A DNA stretch of 64,000 nucleotides from the NCBI GenBank assembly GCA_963735035.1, contig CAVTJJ010000004.1, forward strand, positions 1,312,001 through 1,376,000, written 5' to 3'. Positions within the stretch are counted from its first letter, which is position 1; the number at the start of each line of letters is the position of its first letter. The notes under the pieces are model-generated. The model saw only the letters and a list, made by a program, of their open reading frames with translations. It ran no database searches and was not told where the DNA came from. The translations under genes and the position numbers were made by a program. Source of the DNA: an uncultured candidate division Zixibacteria bacterium (GTDB lineage Bacteria > Zixibacteria > MSB-5A5 > GN15 > FEB-12). Below are positions 19,206 to 28,850 of this stretch, piece after piece.

Positions 19206-19241
19206 AACAAAAGAGCGCTCGCCTTGAAGGCGAGCGCTCTT
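19206..19241. terminator. Terminator between convergent genes
   Basis: 15-bp perfect inverted repeat AAGAGCGCTCGCCTT-G-AAGGCGAGCGCTCTT with an A-rich left flank. Confidence 0.75.
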
Positions 19242-19273
19242 CGTATATCCGGTATTAATCGCCAGACCGATCT

Positions 19274-21073
19274 CTACAGCTCGGCCTTCTTCTTGCCGTC
19301 GGTGATCAACTTCGAGTACTCGCCCGGCTGAGTCAGGATTTCTTTCGCCTTCAGCACGGTCTTGTCGGATTGGAAGAGGATGTCCTCATAGACACCACGC
19401 TCGCCAAAGACGGACGAGATAACTTCGCGCTTGATCGCGCGTCTGATGTAGTCCTGAGAGCGACCGAAATCGGCGTCCTTTTCGGACTGAACCAGGGCAT
19501 CCATATCCTTGAGCGACTTGTCGAACTCCGGTTCCTTGTCCTCTTCAGTGACCGTGGTTTTTAGGTCTTCTAGGGCTATCTGAAGGGCCGATTTATAGGT
19601 AAAGTCCTTGCTCTTGATATACTGGCGGAACTGCTCGACGATTTCGTCCGTAACCTGGAAATCCGGTCTTATATCAGGGTGGGCGGCCACGTATTCGACC
19701 GCGAAATTGAAGAACATGGAGCGGCGTTCCAGGTTAATTTCGATCGGTTTCCAGAGTTCGCGATCCACGTCAACATCCGGGGCGATACCGCCACCGCCGT
19801 ACACGACTCTCCCGCCGTTGGTGTAGAAGACTTCCTTATCTGAAACCACAAGGGAGTCAGTCTTGGCGCTGTCGACCTGCATGTCGTTCGGATGTTTCGA
19901 TTGGCGTTCCGGCTTTTGGATGCAGCGGCCCGATGGCACATAGTACTTGGCCGTGGTCAGCTTCAGAGATTCCTGACCGTCAGCCGAGATCGGGAAGATC
20001 TGCTGCACAAGGCCTTTTCCATAAGTGGTGCTGCCGATAAGCAATCCACGATCCCAGTCCTGGATGGCGCCGGCGACGATTTCGGAAGCCGAGGCGGTGC
20101 CTTCATCCACGAGCACGACCAGCGGCTTGTCTTCGGGATAAAGGGGCGGTCGTTCTGATTTATAATGGCGTTCGGAACTCTCATCCCGTCCCTTGGTGTA
20201 TACGATCTCACGACCCTGGGTGAGAAACAACTCGGCGGTTTCCTTGGCCTGGTCGAGCAGCCCGCCGCCGTTTGATCTCAAATCGAATATCAACGATTCG
20301 ACATTTTGATCGTTGAGCGCCGAGACGGCTTCACGGAGTTCTCGGCTGGTTTCCTCGGCAAAGCGCGATAGCCGCACGTAGCCGATCTTGGTGCCGGGCA
20401 GGACGCCGTAGTAATTGACCGACTTGAGTTCTATGACAGCCCGTTCGACTTCGAACTCGAGATTTTCGTTTATGCCCATGCGCTTAATGTCGAGCTTGAT
20501 CGAAGTCCCGGCGGTGCCGCGCATGAGACTTACCGCCTTGGTCGACGTCATCCCTTCCGTGTCCTGGCCGTCAATGGCCATAATCACGTCGCCCGCATGC
20601 AACCCTTTCTTGTAAGCCGGGGTGCCTTCAATCGGCGAGATGATCATGATGCGACTGTCACGCTCGTCGATCTGCATTCCCAGACCTTCGTACTTGCCGT
20701 GGGTGCTTTCCATCAGAGAACTGTAAGCATCCGGCTCCATCAGGACGGAGTAGCGGTCGAGGTCGGCCAGCATGCCGTCGATACCGGCCTGCACGATCTT
20801 GTCTATGTCAACATCTTCCATGTAGTGATTGCGAATGGAAAACGCGGTCTGCGTCAGCTTGCGGACACTCTTAAGAAACGTATCGGGGCTCTGCGGAGGC
20901 GCCACTTCGACTGTAGCATTCGGTTTCTCCAGGTTGATCTGCACAGTATCAGCCCATAGCACCGGCTCCGGTCTTTTGGCCGACATCTGGCTGGCGTCGC
21001 CGGGATCGGCGAACCAGATAAGGGCGAGAGCAAAGAGCGTAATTCCGAATAGTTGGACCGTGAAACGGTACAT
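19274..21073 (-). CDS. S41 carboxyl-terminal processing protease (CtpA/Prc family)
   Basis: PDZ GLGMQI..PIEGTPA, DLRSNGGGLL, TASASEIVAG, TYGKGLVQ, LTTAKYY. Confidence 0.92.
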   Translation of the reverse strand: MYRFTVQLFGITLFALALIWFADPGDASQMSAKRPEPVLWADTVQINLEKPNATVEVAPPQSPDTFLKSVRKLTQTAFSIRNHYMEDVDIDKIVQAGIDGMLADLDRYSVLMEPDAYSSLMESTHGKYEGLGMQIDERDSRIMIISPIEGTPAYKKGLHAGDVIMAIDGQDTEGMTSTKAVSLMRGTAGTSIKLDIKRMGINENLEFEVERAVIELKSVNYYGVLPGTKIGYVRLSRFAEETSRELREAVSALNDQNVESLIFDLRSNGGGLLDQAKETAELFLTQGREIVYTKGRDESSERHYKSERPPLYPEDKPLVVLVDEGTASASEIVAGAIQDWDRGLLIGSTTYGKGLVQQIFPISADGQESLKLTTAKYYVPSGRCIQKPERQSKHPNDMQVDSAKTDSLVVSDKEVFYTNGGRVVYGGGGIAPDVDVDRELWKPIEINLERRSMFFNFAVEYVAAHPDIRPDFQVTDEIVEQFRQYIKSKDFTYKSALQIALEDLKTTVTEEDKEPEFDKSLKDMDALVQSEKDADFGRSQDYIRRAIKREVISSVFGERGVYEDILFQSDKTVLKAKEILTQPGEYSKLITDGKKKAEL

Positions 21074-21419
21074 GGCAAACCTCTATGTTTATGAGCCTCA
21101 AGCCAATGTATGCGGTAAAGTCCCGATGTCAAGCAAGGATGGTACCGGGGCCGCGACGTATCTCATTGCTAATATATACACTTATGTTGATCCGAACGTT
21201 TCCGTTTACCTGTCTGCAGCCGATTGCAATTTCTATTGTACTGTCACACAACTGCTTAGCCATCGACTATGTCATGTGATCGCAACATTCCGGGCATCCG
21301 AATCGTCCAATGGAGCAAGGCATAGTCTCGAACCTGATAAGTAATATCGGCTTACCATCTATATGCTGGACGGAAGCCGAACCAAATTGTTTGTTTTTGG
21401 CACAGTGGGTACATCACTC

Positions 21420-22199
21420 TTGAAACGCATTATCAACCACCCCGGTTTCGCCGTTCTCCTAAGTCTTTTGATGCCCGGTCTGGGGCATCTGTTCTGGCGA
21501 GAATACCTCTTTGGAGTGTTCGTCTTTCTCGTAATGATCATTGCCTCGGTGCTCGTCTTCTTCTCGTATCTGGTCGAATTACCACTGTTCTTGAAATGGG
21601 TGCTTTTCGGTCTTCCCGTCTTGTTCTACCTGTTCACCTTCTTAGACCTCAAACGGTCAATAAGTCGAAAGACGGCGGCTTCTACGAGAAGCCCTGAAAT
21701 TGCGATAGTCTTCCTTCTCGCGGCAGTCGCGGTCAATCTTTGTCTGCCTCTGTCGCCGACAAACTTCATCCTCCGCAATCACCCGACTCTGAGCACGATT
21801 CGTGCCGAAACTTTCAAACCGCTTTTCAATAAAGGCGACTTTTGTTGGATTGGCAGCACGGCCTATCGGGTCAATCTGTTCTTCCTGGACAAACCGATAA
21901 TCTTTCGCCAGCCCGACCGCTGGGATCTGATTTCTTTCAGGGATGAGGGGGAAATCGACCAACTGGGGCTTGTGATCGGGTATGGGGGAGAAGAAATATC
22001 CTACACCGGGGGAGTTCTTGTTATTGACAGCCTGCCGAACAATGACCAATCCTGGATTCCGGCCCCGGAAGGGGAGATTCCGTTGACTCGGGTGGAGGCT
22101 GGAAGTATCTTGGTCGCCACCCTTGAGAAGGGCACACTGGCCGGAACCAGGCAGATTTCCGACCGCAATATTATTGGCAAGGTGCACCGACTCTTTTGA
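21420..22199 (+). CDS. Membrane protein with a degenerate signal peptidase I (S26)-like domain; start uncertain
   Basis: LLSLLMPGLGH TM region; S26-like boxes IRAETFKPLFNKGD, PDRWDLISF, GLVIGYGGEEI. Confidence 0.65.
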   Translation: MKRIINHPGFAVLLSLLMPGLGHLFWREYLFGVFVFLVMIIASVLVFFSYLVELPLFLKWVLFGLPVLFYLFTFLDLKRSISRKTAASTRSPEIAIVFLLAAVAVNLCLPLSPTNFILRNHPTLSTIRAETFKPLFNKGDFCWIGSTAYRVNLFFLDKPIIFRQPDRWDLISFRDEGEIDQLGLVIGYGGEEISYTGGVLVIDSLPNNDQSWIPAPEGEIPLTRVEAGSILVATLEKGTLAGTRQISDRNIIGKVHRLF

Positions 22200-22846
22200 A
22201 AGCTATTCACAACCTGGTCTTTGATCTCGACGGTACTCTGATTGATTCCTCGGAAGGAGTCGTGGACGCCGTCAATTATTCGCTACGCATGATGGACTGT
22301 CCGGAGCAGCGGCCGGAGCGGATCAAGCGTTATATCGGTTTTCCCCTTTCGCAGATGTATCCCGACTTTACCGATGCCCCGGTCGATCAGTTATATCATC
22401 ACTTTCAAAAGCGGGCGAGCGACACCGTGGTGTCATCGACCGTGCCGCTCGACGGTGTAGCCGAAGCCCTAAAGACTCTTCACGCCCAGGGCTTTCACAT
22501 GGCCATAGCCTCGACCAAGATTCGAAAACATGTTGAGGGAATTGTCGCCAAGCTGGGGTGGAGCCATTACTTTGAAGCGCTGGTGGGAGGCGACGACGTT
22601 GCCGAAGTCAAACCGGCGCCTGACGCTTTCCGGGTCGCTCTGGAAAGACTCGCCGCAGCATCCGACCAAACCCTGGTTGTCGGGGATACGATCAATGATA
22701 TTCAGGCGGCGAGGGCCGTGCCTATGCGGGTGATTGCGGTAGAATCCCCCTATCGCGAGCGAAGCGAGTTGGTGGGCGCTCGGCCCGATTATCTTATCGA
22801 GTCTTTGAGGAGACTGCCTTCGCTTTTGAAGCAGATCAATCGCTAA
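22196..22846 (+). CDS. HAD-family phosphatase (Gph/PpaX-like)
   Basis: FDLDGTLIDS, KPAP, VGDTINDI. Confidence 0.9.
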   Translation: MKAIHNLVFDLDGTLIDSSEGVVDAVNYSLRMMDCPEQRPERIKRYIGFPLSQMYPDFTDAPVDQLYHHFQKRASDTVVSSTVPLDGVAEALKTLHAQGFHMAIASTKIRKHVEGIVAKLGWSHYFEALVGGDDVAEVKPAPDAFRVALERLAAASDQTLVVGDTINDIQAARAVPMRVIAVESPYRERSELVGARPDYLIESLRRLPSLLKQINR

Positions 22847-22888
22847 GTTGTCTGGTTATATCGCTACGCGCACATGAGGAGAAAGAAT

Positions 22889-23989
22889 ATGGATCCGCGG
22901 GTTCAAAAACTGGCTCGACTACTTATCAACTACTCGTTGGAATTGAAGAAGAAACAACTCGTCAAGATTCAGGGCGAAATAGTGACGATGCCTCTGCTTC
23001 AGGCCGCCTATGAGGAGGCCCTCGCCGTGGGAGCTTATCCGTACATCGAAGTGACCTGCCCCGATGCCAACGAAGCCATCCTGAAACATGGCAGCGCCGA
23101 TCAGCTCTCATTCATTTCGCCCATGAGAAAGCTGGAGGTCAATAGGATCGATGCCCTGCTCGTAGTCTGGGGTACCCACAACACCAACTATTTGTCCGGG
23201 GTCGATCCCAAGAAGCAGTCTTTGCAGCGTAAGGCTCGCACCGCGCTTCAGAAGACGCTCTTCAAGCGGATCGCCGATAAATCGATGACCTGGGTCGGGA
23301 CGGCGTTTCCAACTCAAGCCGACGCTCAAAAGGCTCAGATGTCGCTTTCAGATTACGAAGACTTTGTCTATAGCGCCGGCAATCTACAGCAGACCGATCC
23401 GGTCAAGCATTGGCGGAAAATAGCCGGCGAGCAAATGCGCCTGGTAAAGATTCTCAATCGTTTTAACCGTCTGCACGTGCGCGGCTCCAATGTCGATCTG
23501 AAGCTGCAGGTAAAGGGACGCAAGTGGATCAGTTGCCACGGGACCGAGAACTTCCCGGACGGCGAGATATTCACGAGTCCGATCGAGAATACCGTCGAGG
23601 GATTTATCAACTTCACCTATCCGGCTGAATACGACGGACGCTCGGTGAATGACGTCCGGCTTGAGTTCAAATCAGGGCGCGTGGTAGCTGAGAGTGCTTC
23701 GAGCAATCTCGACTTCTTGCAGGCGATGCTGAACACCGACAAGGGGGCGCGTTCGGTCGGTGAGTTCGCTATCGGCACCAATTACGAGATCCAGCAGGCA
23801 ACCGGCAACACCCTGTTCGATGAAAAGATCGGTGGCACTTGTCACATGGCCGTAGGGGCGTCGATTCTCGAATCGGGCGGCAAGAACCATAGCGCCATCC
23901 ATTGGGATATGGTCTGCAATCTCAAGAAGGACGGCGAAATCATAGCCGACGGTAAAGTGATTTACCGAAAGGGCAGATTCACCATCTAA
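22889..23989 (+). CDS. M29 aminopeptidase (AmpS/PepS family)
   Basis: NFPDGEIFTSP, GEFAIG, LFDEKIGGTCHMAVG, SAIHWD. Confidence 0.92.
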   Translation: MDPRVQKLARLLINYSLELKKKQLVKIQGEIVTMPLLQAAYEEALAVGAYPYIEVTCPDANEAILKHGSADQLSFISPMRKLEVNRIDALLVVWGTHNTNYLSGVDPKKQSLQRKARTALQKTLFKRIADKSMTWVGTAFPTQADAQKAQMSLSDYEDFVYSAGNLQQTDPVKHWRKIAGEQMRLVKILNRFNRLHVRGSNVDLKLQVKGRKWISCHGTENFPDGEIFTSPIENTVEGFINFTYPAEYDGRSVNDVRLEFKSGRVVAESASSNLDFLQAMLNTDKGARSVGEFAIGTNYEIQQATGNTLFDEKIGGTCHMAVGASILESGGKNHSAIHWDMVCNLKKDGEIIADGKVIYRKGRFTI

Positions 23990-24014
23990 TCGATCCCAGA
24001 CTCCCTACAATAAT

Positions 24015-24054
24015 AAAGCCGGCGCTGCGCGATGCAGGCCGGCTTTTCAGTTTT
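24015..24054. terminator. Bidirectional terminator
   Basis: AAAGCCGGC...GCCGGCTTTT between convergent genes. Confidence 0.65.
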
Positions 24055-24065
24055 CGGAGAATAAC

Positions 24066-25841
24066 CTATGGGCAGTCGTTCAAGGGAACTCCGCTTATGA
24101 AAATGTGATCGATCAACATCGAGATATCACCAATAGTAATGTCGTTCTTCAGCGGAGCCGCTCCGCCAGAAAGATTAACATCGGCCTCACCCATACACGC
24201 CGGAGGAGTGCCGGACACGAACAGAAAGTCTATCAGTAGCATGACATCGCCTATGGTTGGTTCCTCGCCGCCAAGCCCGTTGACATTGCCGACCTTGCCG
24301 GTGCAACAGCCGGTGTTGATCCGAAGCGCTGAATCGACTCGGATGACTCCCCAGCCATAATTGTTGTCCGGACTGACGGCGTGATTACCTGACGCCTTTA
24401 GAGCCTCACGCACCTCGCGTGGGGTCCAGTCAGGACGGGCCTCAATCACCAGGCAGGCGGCTCCGGCCACCAGGGGGGTGGCAAAGGAAGTACCGCTGCC
24501 GGTCGTGTACATGTTAGTGACGGTTGGGCTTGGAAACGCCGTAGTGACGGACGTTCCGCGAGCACAGACTTCCGGTTTGATCCGGCCGTCAAAAGTCGGC
24601 CCTCGGCTTGAAGACGCCGCGATAGTCCCGTTGCCATCCACGTTTCCGACGGCGAGAATATCGAAGGCGTCGCCCGGAGCAGACATCGAACCGGCCGAAG
24701 GACCTTCGTTTCCGACCGACTTGCAAAGGACTATGCCGAGACCATCTGCCATACTTGCCGCAATCGAAGTGGTAGCGGTCGCGCCATTCATGTCGGCATA
24801 GGTGTAATTGCAGCCGCAACTGGCGTCGAAGATTCTGTAACCCAACGAAGTGGTCAAGACATCGGTACCGATTGAGTCGGCGAATTCCATCCCGGCGACC
24901 CAGTTGTCCTCTTCGATGGGCAGTTCGTAGCGGAGGCTCTCGGTCTTGCAGAGGATGAAATTGGCGCCATAGGCCGGACCATAAAGCTGCCCGGGAGCGT
25001 TTCCACCGGCTATCGACCAGACCTGTGTGCCGTGATTAGGTTGGCTCGCCATGGAATCGGTAGCTTCCGCATCGGTATTCCCATCATTGTGTACGAAATC
25101 CCACTCAGCCAGGAGGCGTCCCTCAGCTATGGCAGCGGCGAGGGCCTCGTGGTTCTTCCGAAATCCTGAATCGAGAATGGCCAGAGTCACGCCGGCGCCG
25201 GAGTAGCCCAGCGCATGCACGGCCGGTACACCGATCTGATTCAATTGGGCGTATGAAGCACCGTAATCCAGAACTTCTACCGATTGTGCCCCGCCGGGTG
25301 CAGGCTCTCGCGACTCCACGCCAATCGGTTCCTCCGGAGGTGTTCGGAATTGGGCCATCGGTTTGATCTCGGCCACAAAGGGCAGTTGGGCGATTTGGTC
25401 CACCCTGCTCGCTGCAACCTCGAACGTGGCTGCGTTCAGCCAGCGCGAGGACCGTCGATGGCGGGCGCCGATTTGCTCTATCGCATTGACGTAGCCCTGA
25501 GCCACCGGAAGATCGGCGAATACCACATGATTCAGGTCCACTTTGGCTCGACGATGAGCGGCGCGCTCGGTTAGAGTCACCGAAGTTGCTGCACTCTCGA
25601 AAGCGGCCTTGCTATTCACGCCTTTGTTGGTGAAGAACACCCATATTTTGACCGTATCTGTGCCATGAGATTGGAGACAGTCGGCAAAATCAGGAGTGAC
25701 TACTGAACTGAGGCGAGGCCGTTCGATGGCATCGCTCACAAGCGATGCTCTGAACTCAACCGGAGCGGCGGCCGTTCTTCCGGCGCCTCCGATCAGAACC
25801 GAACCAAGTATTAGAATCGACTTGAGTAAGTAATTAGTCAT
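24066..25841 (-). CDS. Exported S8 (subtilisin-like) serine peptidase with C-terminal dockerin-like domain
   Basis: Triad LDSG / HGTQV / GTSFATP; C-terminus GCCTGKVGNVNG..IGDVMLLIDFLF..EADVN..IGDISMLIDHIF. Confidence 0.9.
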   Translation of the reverse strand: MTNYLLKSILILGSVLIGGAGRTAAAPVEFRASLVSDAIERPRLSSVVTPDFADCLQSHGTDTVKIWVFFTNKGVNSKAAFESAATSVTLTERAAHRRAKVDLNHVVFADLPVAQGYVNAIEQIGARHRRSSRWLNAATFEVAASRVDQIAQLPFVAEIKPMAQFRTPPEEPIGVESREPAPGGAQSVEVLDYGASYAQLNQIGVPAVHALGYSGAGVTLAILDSGFRKNHEALAAAIAEGRLLAEWDFVHNDGNTDAEATDSMASQPNHGTQVWSIAGGNAPGQLYGPAYGANFILCKTESLRYELPIEEDNWVAGMEFADSIGTDVLTTSLGYRIFDASCGCNYTYADMNGATATTSIAASMADGLGIVLCKSVGNEGPSAGSMSAPGDAFDILAVGNVDGNGTIAASSSRGPTFDGRIKPEVCARGTSVTTAFPSPTVTNMYTTGSGTSFATPLVAGAACLVIEARPDWTPREVREALKASGNHAVSPDNNYGWGVIRVDSALRINTGCCTGKVGNVNGLGGEEPTIGDVMLLIDFLFVSGTPPACMGEADVNLSGGAAPLKNDITIGDISMLIDHIFISGVPLNDCP

Positions 25842-26092
25842 TTCGCCTCGTTTGGTCAGAACAATCCGGGCAGGCACAACAGATCGCTTTATCATAATCT
25901 AAGCCTGTTTTCCTGACCGTCAATCCGAATCTACCCAGAACCAATACCTGTGGGCGCGTTCCCACACTTTGTATAACGAACCGCGTATACCTTCTGTTCG
26001 GCGGTCAGTCGAGCGGTTGATCCTGCCGTTGTAACATGTTATCGGACATCGGGAACTAAAGTACACTCAGTTTCTCTTGCGTGGGGCAAGGG

Positions 26093-26108
26093 TGGCAAGC
26101 CTTATGCT
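26093..26108 (+). promoter_or_regulatory. Putative sigma54 -24/-12 promoter for the pilin-like gene
   Basis: TGGCAAGCCTTATGCT: GG-N10-GC, close to TGGCACG-N4-TTGCW. Confidence 0.55.
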
Positions 26109-26192
26109 CACCATGAGACGGCGACCCCGCTTAACGCTATTCCCCGACCTCGGCCGGGAAGGGGCGTCCGGGCGAAAGAAAGAGGTAAGTAT

Positions 26193-26720
26193 ATGGTCAT
26201 GAACCGGAAGAACGAAACACCGTCGATTCAGAATGGGTTTACCCTGATTGAACTGATGGTGGTCGTGCTCATTTTTGGCGTCTTGTCGGCTCTGGCCGCT
26301 CCAACGTTTCAGCGGTCGTATGACGGCTTTAAGTTTCACGAGGGCGAACGTTCCGTCACTTCCTCATTGAAGAAGGCCCGCTCTTTCTCCGTGAGCAGCA
26401 AGGCGCCGGTGGGGGTTCATTTCAATAGCGGCTCCCGCGTTGTTACGATATTCAAGAATACGACCAATCCGTCGCAGACCTCGTTTGAGGACACCGACTC
26501 CGTCTATTCGTCAGATACCCTCCCGTCCGATTTCTCCTATGTCTATGCCGACATGGGAAACAGCGCGGTTGTCTTTCAGCCCAACGGGTCTGCAACGTAC
26601 TCTGGATCGGGAATGGTATTTTTGTTAGGCGAAACCAACAAACTGACGGCTACTTTCACTATTAGCATCCTGGCTTCTACAGGTCGGGTCAGCTCGTACT
26701 CTCATTTCTACAACTGGTAG
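26193..26720 (+). CDS. Type IV pilin-like protein (FimT/GspH class)
   Basis: G/FTLIELMVVVLIFGVL; later LKKARSFSV, VVFQPNGS, STGRV. Confidence 0.85.
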   Translation: MVMNRKNETPSIQNGFTLIELMVVVLIFGVLSALAAPTFQRSYDGFKFHEGERSVTSSLKKARSFSVSSKAPVGVHFNSGSRVVTIFKNTTNPSQTSFEDTDSVYSSDTLPSDFSYVYADMGNSAVVFQPNGSATYSGSGMVFLLGETNKLTATFTISILASTGRVSSYSHFYNW

Positions 26721-26828
26721 TAGGAGCCTTCCGGCCCCAAAAAAGGCCAAAATATAGCGTTTGACCTCCCCGTCCCCCGGGGAGGTCGTTTCCGGCGGGT
26801 TCGATTCCTTAAAGACTTCAGATTTTCC

Positions 26829-26856
26829 TCAAGATACTGTAGGGGCGGGCCGATAT
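26829..26856 (+). promoter_or_regulatory. Putative sigma28/FliA-type promoter upstream of pilM
   Basis: TCAAGAT-N13-GCCGATAT. Confidence 0.6.
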
Positions 26857-27023
26857 GAAGACTATCGGCCCCGAACCATGGCTGGTGGTCTGTACTAAGG
26901 TTCACCAGGTCAGGAGCCGAGGCCCGTCGTTGAGCCCCGATATTTCAGGCACCGGCTCGACAAAGGCAAAGTCGGGATGGACATGATTTTGAAGAACAGG
27001 TACACACAAATAAAGAGAAACTC

Positions 27024-28076
27024 ATGATCTTCTCAGGCAGACGAAAAAGCGCAGTGGGGTTGGACGTCGGCTCCAATTCCGTCAAGCTGGTCAAGCTCGA
27101 GCATGGCAGGGATGGCTATACGGTCTCAGCGATAGGGATCCGCGAATTGCCGCCCGAGGCCATCGTCGGCGACGAGATAAGGGATCGCGAAGCCGTCATC
27201 TTCAACATCCAGTCGCTGATCGACCAGACCGATCCCAAGATTAAGGAAGTAGTGGTCTCGGTATCCGGTCACAGTGTCATCACCGACCGCTTCACGATCG
27301 ATAAGAAAACCGGTCCGGAAGCGGAGCAGGCGATCTTGTTCGAGACCGAACAACGCGCCCCGTTTGACGTTGACGACGTCAGTCTGGATTACCACATCAT
27401 AAAGACCGACGACGACATTAATAAGATGGACGTCCTCCTGGTCGCGGCTCGCAAGGAATACCTGCGGACATACCTGGACCTAATTGAAGATTGTGGGCTC
27501 CAGCCGGTGGTGGTCGACGACGACGCGTTTGCCGTGCTAAACGCTTACGAGGCCAACTACGATATCGACCCGACCAAGGTAACAGCACTGGTCAACATCG
27601 GTTACGATGTCACCAATATCACCTACCTCTCGGAAGGGCTGTTTGCGGCCACTCGCGACGTTTCGGCCGGTACGCGCGAAATATTCGAAGCGGTCAAGAA
27701 AGAGTTCCGTCTGAATCCGGAACTGACGGCTAAGGCGCTCAAGGGTGAAATGAGCGATTCGATCGATCAGGATATGTTCAAGGCGACCGTCATGTCGGCG
27801 GCCGACGAATTGATGTCCGGTATCGAGTTGGCGTTCTCATACTTCCGCTCCCAGACCAAGATTGAAAATATCGACTGGATCGTTCTGTCAGGTGGCGGGG
27901 CTTTGATCCCCTATCTGCCGGAATTCCTGCAGTCAAAGATAAATATCCCGCTGGAACTGGCTAACCCGCTTCGCAACCTCGACTACGATCCTGAGCTGTT
28001 CCAGTTTGTTCAGCCGGAAAAGATCGCGCCGTTGTTGACGGTTTCGGTCGGCCTGGCCATGCGAAAGAGTAAGTGA
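27024..28076 (+). CDS. pilM: Type IV pilus assembly protein PilM
   Basis: VGLDVGSNSVK, VLLVAA, LSGGGA, VGLAMR. Confidence 0.93.
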   Translation: MIFSGRRKSAVGLDVGSNSVKLVKLEHGRDGYTVSAIGIRELPPEAIVGDEIRDREAVIFNIQSLIDQTDPKIKEVVVSVSGHSVITDRFTIDKKTGPEAEQAILFETEQRAPFDVDDVSLDYHIIKTDDDINKMDVLLVAARKEYLRTYLDLIEDCGLQPVVVDDDAFAVLNAYEANYDIDPTKVTALVNIGYDVTNITYLSEGLFAATRDVSAGTREIFEAVKKEFRLNPELTAKALKGEMSDSIDQDMFKATVMSAADELMSGIELAFSYFRSQTKIENIDWIVLSGGGALIPYLPEFLQSKINIPLELANPLRNLDYDPELFQFVQPEKIAPLLTVSVGLAMRKSK

Positions 28077-28087
28077 GGCACGGCACC

Positions 28088-28837
28088 ATGATAGAAATAA
28101 ATCTACTGCCAAAAGATCATCGGAAGGGAACCGGCGCCCTTCAGTTCGGGAAGACCGGCATCTATGTCGCCTCGGCTGCAATCGGTGTCGTGCTCATGCT
28201 GGCGGCCATCACGTTCTATCAGATGAGCCAGTTGGGCAGTCTCAAATCCGACATCGAACGCGCCAACCAGCGGGCCGAAATGCTTCGCGACGATATCCGC
28301 GTGGTGGATGCCCTTACCGACGTCAAAGACAAGATCCATCGCCGCATCAGCGCTGTCGAAAAACTCGACCGCCATCGCTCCGCCTGGGTGAGAATCCTCG
28401 AAGAAGTCTCACGCAATATGCCGGAGTTCGTCTGGCTCGATCAGTTCCGGGAACAACCGCTCGACGCAAAAGAACCGGCCGAAAAGGGCAACAAAGGGAA
28501 GAATGAGAAGGCCGCCGACAAGAAGGACGAGAAGACCGCTGAAGTGAAAACAACCGAAACGTACGAACCGCCATCACAGCGGAACGTCGAGATCAAAGGT
28601 TTCGCCTTCACGCTCAACGCTCTTGCCGCCACCATGATTAAGATGATGCGCTCCGAGTATTTCGATAAAGTCGAGTTGATCGACTCCCGGGACACCCTGT
28701 ACGGCGGTGAAAAGGCTTATATGTTCTCGCTGTCGGCCAACGTGCAGTACCTCTCCGACGAGGAGCTGCGGGCCCGGGTCGCTCAGAATCAAGAAGTAGT
28801 CGATTCCACCGCCACCAGTCACGCGACTCTGAATTAG
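28088..28837 (+). CDS. pilN: Type IV pilus assembly protein PilN
   Basis: MIEINLLP motif, TM, coiled coil, MPEFVWL. Confidence 0.9.
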   Translation: MIEINLLPKDHRKGTGALQFGKTGIYVASAAIGVVLMLAAITFYQMSQLGSLKSDIERANQRAEMLRDDIRVVDALTDVKDKIHRRISAVEKLDRHRSAWVRILEEVSRNMPEFVWLDQFREQPLDAKEPAEKGNKGKNEKAADKKDEKTAEVKTTETYEPPSQRNVEIKGFAFTLNALAATMIKMMRSEYFDKVELIDSRDTLYGGEKAYMFSLSANVQYLSDEELRARVAQNQEVVDSTATSHATLN

Positions 28838-28850
28838 GGAAGGATGTCCT

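Noticed and set aside
26031..26066. Minus-strand TCCGATAA as a sigma28 site for the S8 protease
   Set aside because: No TAAA/TCAA box at the 15-16 nt spacing
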